Positions 8,385 to 13,110 of a DNA stretch of 13,110 bases are shown here, one piece after another. The position numbers were made by a program, and so were the translations under genes. Positions within the stretch are counted from its first letter, which is position 1; each line of letters starts with the position of its first letter. The notes beneath the pieces are model-generated. The model was not told the DNA's origin. It was given only the letters and a program-made list of their open reading frames with translations, and made no database searches. The DNA comes from Promethearchaeota archaeon (lineage in GTDB: Archaea > Asgardarchaeota > Lokiarchaeia > Sigyniarchaeales > SOKP01): contig JBHLON010000053.1 of the NCBI GenBank assembly GCA_048940445.1, forward strand, positions 2,744 to 15,853. The letters are read 5' to 3'.

Positions 8385-8398
8385 ATTTAAATATTTCT
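8385..8398 (-). promoter_or_regulatory. Putative BRE/TATA promoter for the GT4 starting at 8351
   Basis: The minus strand reads AGAAATA-TTTAAAT about 34 nt upstream of ATG 8351, inside an imperfect inverted repeat TAAGAA..TTCTTA (8380-8400). Confidence 0.35.
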
Positions 8399-8464
8399 TA
8401 TAATTATGTGTTAAATATTAAAAAATTTACCTTCCATATAAAATTTAATATCTAATCGAGTAAG

Positions 8465-8480
8465 GAAAGGTTTTTAAATA
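8465..8480 (+). promoter_or_regulatory. Putative archaeal BRE/TATA promoter (GAAAGG-TTTTTAAATA)
   Basis: Good match to the archaeal BRE + TTTAWATA consensus, in the 362-bp divergent gap upstream of the SDR-cupin gene. Confidence 0.5.
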
Positions 8481-8713
8481 ATAATAATAGAAATTTAGAG
8501 GGTAAAAGTGATCCAAAAGGTAATAATATTTAACATTTCATTAAATTGGATTAGCATCTACTTTATTCTTTAATTTATTTATGATTTGATTGAAAATGTT
8601 CTGAAGCTCTTTAATAAATTTGAAATTGATTTAATTTTTATTATTAGCTGAATTTAAATTAGTAATAAGAAGTGATTTTTGACTTTAAGAATAAATGAAT
8701 GAATTGAAAACGA

Positions 8714-10114
8714 ATGGAGAGCACCATGACAAATAAAATCTTAATAATAGGTGGGCTGGGATATATTGGAAGTGTATTATTTGATATTGTTAAACAAGAA
8801 GGATGGGAAGTTGATATTTTGGATAATCATCTTTATAAAGAACTTAATCCTTCAAATCCTTTCATTGATGAAGACGTACGAAATAAGGATAAGATTGAAA
8901 AAATAATTAAAAATTATGAAGTTGTTGTGAATTTAGCAGCAATAGTAGGGGATCCTGCGTGTTTAATAGATACTAATTTGGCTATCGAAATAAATTGCTC
9001 AGGAACGAGAAATGTAGCTGAGATTTGTAAAAAATTGAAAAAATTCATTGTTCATGTAAGCACATGCAGCATTTATGGAAGTGAACCAAATGTAATTGTA
9101 AAAGAAGAAGATGAGGGGTTCCCCATTGATTTTTATGGTCAAACAAAATACACTCAAGAACGCCTTATAAGAGAAATATGTGCTGACAATTATTGTATTC
9201 TAAGATTGGGAACTGCTTACGGCTTAAGTCCACGAATGCGTTATGATTTGGTAGTTAATACATTTTCTGCAAGAGCAGCAAGGTTCAATAAAATAACTGT
9301 TTTTGGTGGAGAACAGGAACGTCCTTTTGTACATATTCGTGATATTTCGAGAGCTATAGTACATGCTATTAAAAAAAATCTGCATGGAATTTATAATGTT
9401 CGTGGTGAAAATCTAAGTTTGATGAGATTAGGGGAAATCGTTAGAGAGATTACTAAATGCGATATAGAAATTAACAAAAGTATCGTTGATAAAAGAAGTT
9501 ACATGGTAGATAGTAGTAAAATCATGAAGACTGGTTTTGAATTTAAATATAATATTGAGTATGCAGTTAAAGAGATAATTGAATCTCCAACTGTATTAGA
9601 TTTTCGTAAAGGTATTTATTCTAATTTAAAATTAGCTGAAAGGATAAGAATAAATGAAACTATTGGAAAAAGAGAATTACGGCTAATTGAAGGAGGGATT
9701 GCTGTAGATGACCGAGGGAGTTTGAATTTTGCTAATGATTTTAATTTCTATGGTGTTAAACGATTCTATCAAGTTCAAAATTTTAATAGCTCAACAATTC
9801 GTGCATTTCATGGGCATATGAATGAAGCAAAATATGTATATGTACCAAAAGGTTCTGCAATTGTAGCAGCTGTAAAATTAGATGATAATAAATCCCCTTC
9901 AAAGCATCAAGAAGTTAATAGATATATCTTGTCTGATAGACGACCTCAAATATTATTTATACCCCCAAAATATGCAAATGGATTTAAACCGTTAGAAGAG
10001 GACACGCGTATAATTTTCTTTTCTACTAGCACTCTTGAGGAAAGTAAAGGTGATGATTTTAGATTTCCAGCAGATTATTGGGGAGCGCAAGTCTGGGAAG
10101 TAGAGAATCGATAA
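8714..10114 (+). CDS. Bifunctional nucleotide-sugar enzyme: extended SDR (NAD-dependent epimerase/dehydrogenase) fused to a C-terminal RmlC/FdtA(WxcM)-like cupin
   Basis: SDR region aa ~7-305 has GGLGYIG, LAAIVGDPAC, STCSIYG, YGQTK (YxxxK), RLGTAYGLSPRMRYDLVVN and RPFVHIRD. Cupin region aa ~321-466 (from ~9674) has DDRG, KRFY, RAFHGH and IPPKYANGF. The reading frame is continuous. The true start may be ATG 8726, which has GGAG 6 nt upstream. Confidence 0.9.
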   Translation: MESTMTNKILIIGGLGYIGSVLFDIVKQEGWEVDILDNHLYKELNPSNPFIDEDVRNKDKIEKIIKNYEVVVNLAAIVGDPACLIDTNLAIEINCSGTRNVAEICKKLKKFIVHVSTCSIYGSEPNVIVKEEDEGFPIDFYGQTKYTQERLIREICADNYCILRLGTAYGLSPRMRYDLVVNTFSARAARFNKITVFGGEQERPFVHIRDISRAIVHAIKKNLHGIYNVRGENLSLMRLGEIVREITKCDIEINKSIVDKRSYMVDSSKIMKTGFEFKYNIEYAVKEIIESPTVLDFRKGIYSNLKLAERIRINETIGKRELRLIEGGIAVDDRGSLNFANDFNFYGVKRFYQVQNFNSSTIRAFHGHMNEAKYVYVPKGSAIVAAVKLDDNKSPSKHQEVNRYILSDRRPQILFIPPKYANGFKPLEEDTRIIFFSTSTLEESKGDDFRFPADYWGAQVWEVENR

Positions 10115-10146
10115 AATTAGACATTTGAAAAAGAGTGTGATTTAAA

Positions 10147-11034
10147 ATGATGAATATATTAGTTCTTGGCGTAAGTGGGATGTTAGGATCAACGGTTTTT
10201 GAGTACCTTTCTAAAAATCCAGATTTTAAAGTTTATGGTACAGTAAGAAATCCCAAATATTTAAAAAAAAATGTTTTCCTATTTGATGCATATGATGTGT
10301 CTCAATTAGAAACACAGCAATTTCTTGATTTAAAAATAGAATATCTTATTAATTGTATAGGAATTACTAAACCTTTTTCTAAAGATGATGATCCTGAAGG
10401 CGTTAAAAGAGCGATCTTAATAAATGCAGATTTTCCATGGAAATTAGCCAACTATACTAAAAAACAAAAAATTAAAGTTATTCAAATTGGTACTGATTGT
10501 GTTTATTCAGGAAGAAAAGGTGATTATACAGAGGAGGACCCCCATGATCCATTAGATGTTTATGGAAAATCAAAAAGTCTTGGCGAAGTATTTGATGGAT
10601 CAATGTTAATAATCAGATGTTCTATTATAGGTCCAGAACTTAAAAAACAAAAGAATTTTTTATTAGAGTGGTTTTTAAGTCAACCCAATGGAGGTACAAT
10701 TGGAGGATTTGAACATCATGTTTGGAATGGTATAACAACTCTTCAATTTGCTCAATTGTGTGAAAATATAATATCTTTAAATATTTATGATAAATTAATT
10801 GACAAGTCTTATCTACACCATTATGTGCCAAATAATACAGTGACCAAATATCAATTAATGCATATATTCAATGATACGTTTGGAAAGGATTTGAAAATTA
10901 ATAAAATTAATAAACCTGAAGAAAAAGTCGACCGATCCCTTGCGACTAAATATTCTGAATTAGATAAAGTCATGGGAACAAAAGATTTAAAAACTGCATT
11001 AACAGAACTTAAATCTTACATGATGGAAAATTAA
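10147..11034 (+). CDS. NDP-4-keto-sugar 4-reductase, RmlD-like (QnlA/WbvR-type subgroup)
   Basis: GVSGMLG, INCIGI, INADFPWKLA, TDCVYSG.KG.Y.E.D, DVYGKSK.LGE, RCSIIGPEL and LLEWFLSQ. The DCV, SIIG.EL and LLEWFLSQ blocks are typical of QnlA-type reductases rather than classical RmlD (TDYVF). Confidence 0.85.
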   Translation: MMNILVLGVSGMLGSTVFEYLSKNPDFKVYGTVRNPKYLKKNVFLFDAYDVSQLETQQFLDLKIEYLINCIGITKPFSKDDDPEGVKRAILINADFPWKLANYTKKQKIKVIQIGTDCVYSGRKGDYTEEDPHDPLDVYGKSKSLGEVFDGSMLIIRCSIIGPELKKQKNFLLEWFLSQPNGGTIGGFEHHVWNGITTLQFAQLCENIISLNIYDKLIDKSYLHHYVPNNTVTKYQLMHIFNDTFGKDLKINKINKPEEKVDRSLATKYSELDKVMGTKDLKTALTELKSYMMEN

Positions 11035-11068
11035 TATGAAGGAATATCTTATTTTAAAACTTTTAATT

Positions 11069-12139
11069 TCATCTCTCAAAAGTTTTATAAAAATTAAGAG
11101 AATTTCCTATCAAAATACTACAGATTTTATCTGAAATATTTTTACCATAGTGAGTAACTGGTTCTATTTCATGTGATAATGCTAATTCCGCAGAAACAAG
11201 CATTTGATCAATATTCATACCTGTTAATAAATTTACTCCAAGCTCGATTAAATCAACCCTTTCAGTACTTTCTCTTATTGTCAAGCAAGGGGTTCCCAGA
11301 ATAGCACATTCCTCAACAACGGTCCCACTATCTGTAATGACTAACTTAGCTTCTTTTTCCATGCCTAGAAATTCTAAAAAGCCTTGAGGAGGGATTGGAT
11401 TAATACCTTCTGGAAATTCTAATTCATATTTTTCCATCATATTTTTAGTTTTCGGCATCAGAATAAATTTAATTTCAATTCCCTTTCTTCGATACAGTTC
11501 TTCTAAGAAACTAAAAATAATCTTGAGATTTTCTTCTATTTCTGTATTTTCAGCTCTATGACATGTTACAAGGTAAAACGGATTGCTTTGCTTAAATGAG
11601 GTTTTGACAGCATTCACAACTTCTAGAATAGGATTTCCGATCACCCAACATCTTCTTGGATTTAACCCTTCTCTTAAGAGATTTTCTTTATGTTCCCGTA
11701 GATAACAAAAATTCATATCAGCTAGATGATCAATTATTATTCGATTCTTTTCTTCTGGCATAAACCAATTCTTACTTCTCATACCTGCTTCAATATGAAC
11801 TAATTGAATGTTTAATTTAGAAGTCGCCAAGGCAAATCCTAGACTACTATTATTATCCCCTAGCACAATAACAAAGTCGGGGTTTTCTTTCAATAGTACT
11901 TTCTCAAATTCGATCATGAGTCTTCCAACTTGGCTTGCATGACTTCCACTCTTAATATTAAGATTATATTCAGGTATTCGCACTCCTAATTGATCATAAA
12001 AGATTTTATTTAAATTATAATCGTAATGTTGGCCACTATCGACAATTATATTTTCAAAATACCGATCTAACTTTTTGATTATCTGAGATAAACGTATTAT
12101 ATCTGGACGGATTCCTATACATGTGATTATTTTTTTCAT
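11069..12139 (-). CDS. Non-hydrolysing UDP-HexNAc 2-epimerase, FnlC/WbjD/CapG/QnlB-like
   Basis: GIRPDIIRLS, SGQHYDYNLNKIFYDQLG, VLGDNNS, HIEAGMRS, MPEEKNR..IDH, HRAEN, TDSGTVVEE and RESTER. The 'IIRLS' and 'YDYxLNxIF' blocks point to the FnlC/QnlB branch rather than WecB/MnaA. Confidence 0.9.
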   Translation of the reverse strand: MKKIITCIGIRPDIIRLSQIIKKLDRYFENIIVDSGQHYDYNLNKIFYDQLGVRIPEYNLNIKSGSHASQVGRLMIEFEKVLLKENPDFVIVLGDNNSSLGFALATSKLNIQLVHIEAGMRSKNWFMPEEKNRIIIDHLADMNFCYLREHKENLLREGLNPRRCWVIGNPILEVVNAVKTSFKQSNPFYLVTCHRAENTEIEENLKIIFSFLEELYRRKGIEIKFILMPKTKNMMEKYELEFPEGINPIPPQGFLEFLGMEKEAKLVITDSGTVVEECAILGTPCLTIRESTERVDLIELGVNLLTGMNIDQMLVSAELALSHEIEPVTHYGKNISDKICSILIGNSLNFYKTFER

Positions 12140-12204
12140 AGGAGTATAATAAGATTAACTTATCAAAAATTTTATGAATCTTTTAAAATAGAAATTGTGA
12201 GATT

Positions 12205-13071
12205 TTAGAAAATAATTGATAATAGATTCTTGTTTTTCTTAGCAATATTCACGTTAATTTTCTTAAAATAGTATATTAGTAAACAAGAAAAGATATTTAA
12301 GGCAAGTTTGATAATAGTTAGCTTTGAGGTGCCATGCTGACGCCCAAATACCTTTGTTGGACACTCTTTGAGTTTAATACCGTATATTGAGGCTTTTAAT
12401 ATTTGTTCTGTGCAAAATGCATAATCAAGATATTTTGCGTTTTTCAATATTTTAAGGGCTTTTCTATTATAACCCCGGAAACCATTCTGATTGTTTTTAA
12501 CTTTTAAGCGAAAAAAAACCCTAATAACTTTTTCTGCAAGAATTTCTCCGATTTGTCTCAGTAATGGTAAAGGATATGTGTAACTACCTAAATATCTTGA
12601 ACCAACTGTTAAATCTGATTCTCCTTTTGTGATAGGTTTAATGAGCTCGATTAAATCATCAGATCTGTGTTGTCCATCACTATCCATACAAACAACTATT
12701 TCTCCTTTAGCATGTTTCATCCCAGTAGTAATGGCTCCTCCATATCCTTTATTTTTACTGTGTTTAACAATTTGAATACCATTTAGAGATTTCGCTTTTT
12801 TAATCTCTTCTATACTATTATCAGTAGAGTTATCATCAATAACAATTATCTCAATTAATTTATGATTAGGTAGAGATTCTAATACATCCCTAATTGTTTT
12901 TTCCTCATTATACATTGGAATGATTATTGAGAGAATAGTGTTATTTCGATTGGGTTTATAATTTTCCAGAATCCTGAATAATTCACCATAATCATGACTT
13001 TTTTTTTGGGGTTTAATCATCTTTTCATGTATGACATGATCAATCTTATTGTTACTCATTAGGATTTTCAA
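12205..13071 (-). CDS. Glycosyltransferase family 2, DPM1/polyprenol-phosphate glycosyltransferase-like
   Basis: SIIIPMYNEE, IDDNSTD, NKGYGGA, MDSDGQH (DxD), GSRY, QNGFR and GTSK. The start is uncertain (TTG 13071, ATG 13059 or ATG 13020). Confidence 0.9.
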   Translation of the reverse strand: MKILMSNNKIDHVIHEKMIKPQKKSHDYGELFRILENYKPNRNNTILSIIIPMYNEEKTIRDVLESLPNHKLIEIIVIDDNSTDNSIEEIKKAKSLNGIQIVKHSKNKGYGGAITTGMKHAKGEIVVCMDSDGQHRSDDLIELIKPITKGESDLTVGSRYLGSYTYPLPLLRQIGEILAEKVIRVFFRLKVKNNQNGFRGYNRKALKILKNAKYLDYAFCTEQILKASIYGIKLKECPTKVFGRQHGTSKLTIIKLALNIFSCLLIYYFKKINVNIAKKNKNLLSIIF

Positions 13072-13110
13072 GGGGGAAGCCTAAATCTGGAAATTTTTAT
13101 TAGAATTAAA

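Noticed and set aside
8714-10114. Calling the SDR-cupin fusion capF/wbjC/fnlB, galE or rmlB/rmlC
   Set aside because: It has the same domain order as CapF, but the motifs differ from what I recall for CapF (HLAGVNRP, KGNHWHH), RmlB (STDEVYG) and GalE. No gene symbol was assigned.
10640-10831. 63-aa minus-strand ORF from the ORF track
   Set aside because: It lies entirely antisense within the well-conserved reductase gene and has no recognisable motifs, so it is a shadow ORF.
10147-11034. Classical rmlD / dTDP-L-rhamnose pathway
   Set aside because: There is no rmlA or rmlB in the window, the motifs match the QnlA-type subgroup, and a HexNAc 2-epimerase is adjacent.
12999-13007. Homopolymer runs (T9 here, also near 2798-2806) as phase-variation tracts
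   Set aside because: A/T runs of this length are expected in Lys-rich, AT-rich genes, the frames are intact, and there are no long G/C tracts.
1-13110. CRISPR arrays, tRNA/rRNA genes, IS elements, integrases or long repeats
   Set aside because: None were seen. Intergenic gaps are short and AT-rich, with no GC-rich structured RNA, regularly spaced repeats or transposase-like ORFs.

Overview
This AT-rich window is a densely packed surface-glycan biosynthesis and tailoring locus. It probably comes from an archaeon, judging by BRE/TATA-like promoters about 25-35 nt upstream of start codons, frequent strand switching and a DPM1-like GT2. An Asgard/Lokiarchaeia-type origin is plausible but cannot be proven from sequence alone. 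Gene order: 3' part of adenylylsulfate kinase cysC (+, missed by the ORF track), Wzx/MOP flippase (+), GT4 (-), AlkP-superfamily enzyme (+), degenerate ParB/Srx-like domain fused to a WbdD-like methyltransferase (-), two GT4s (-), extended SDR fused to a cupin epimerase (+), QnlA/RmlD-like 4-reductase (+), FnlC/QnlB-type non-hydrolysing 2-epimerase (-), and a DPM1-like GT2 (-). Three points stand out. (1) There is an apparently rewired nucleotide-sugar pathway in which a Cj1427-like C4-dehydrogenase::cupin fusion sits where the 4,6-dehydratase of the L-QuiNAc pathway would be, which could yield an L-HexNAc that keeps its 6-OH. (2) A WbdD-like glycan-capping methyltransferase has no kinase domain and instead carries a catalytically eroded ParB/Srx-like domain. 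(3) PAPS supply (cysC) is linked to an AlkP-fold enzyme, with no classical sulfotransferase visible. All family comparisons were made by eye from remembered motifs; no searches were run.
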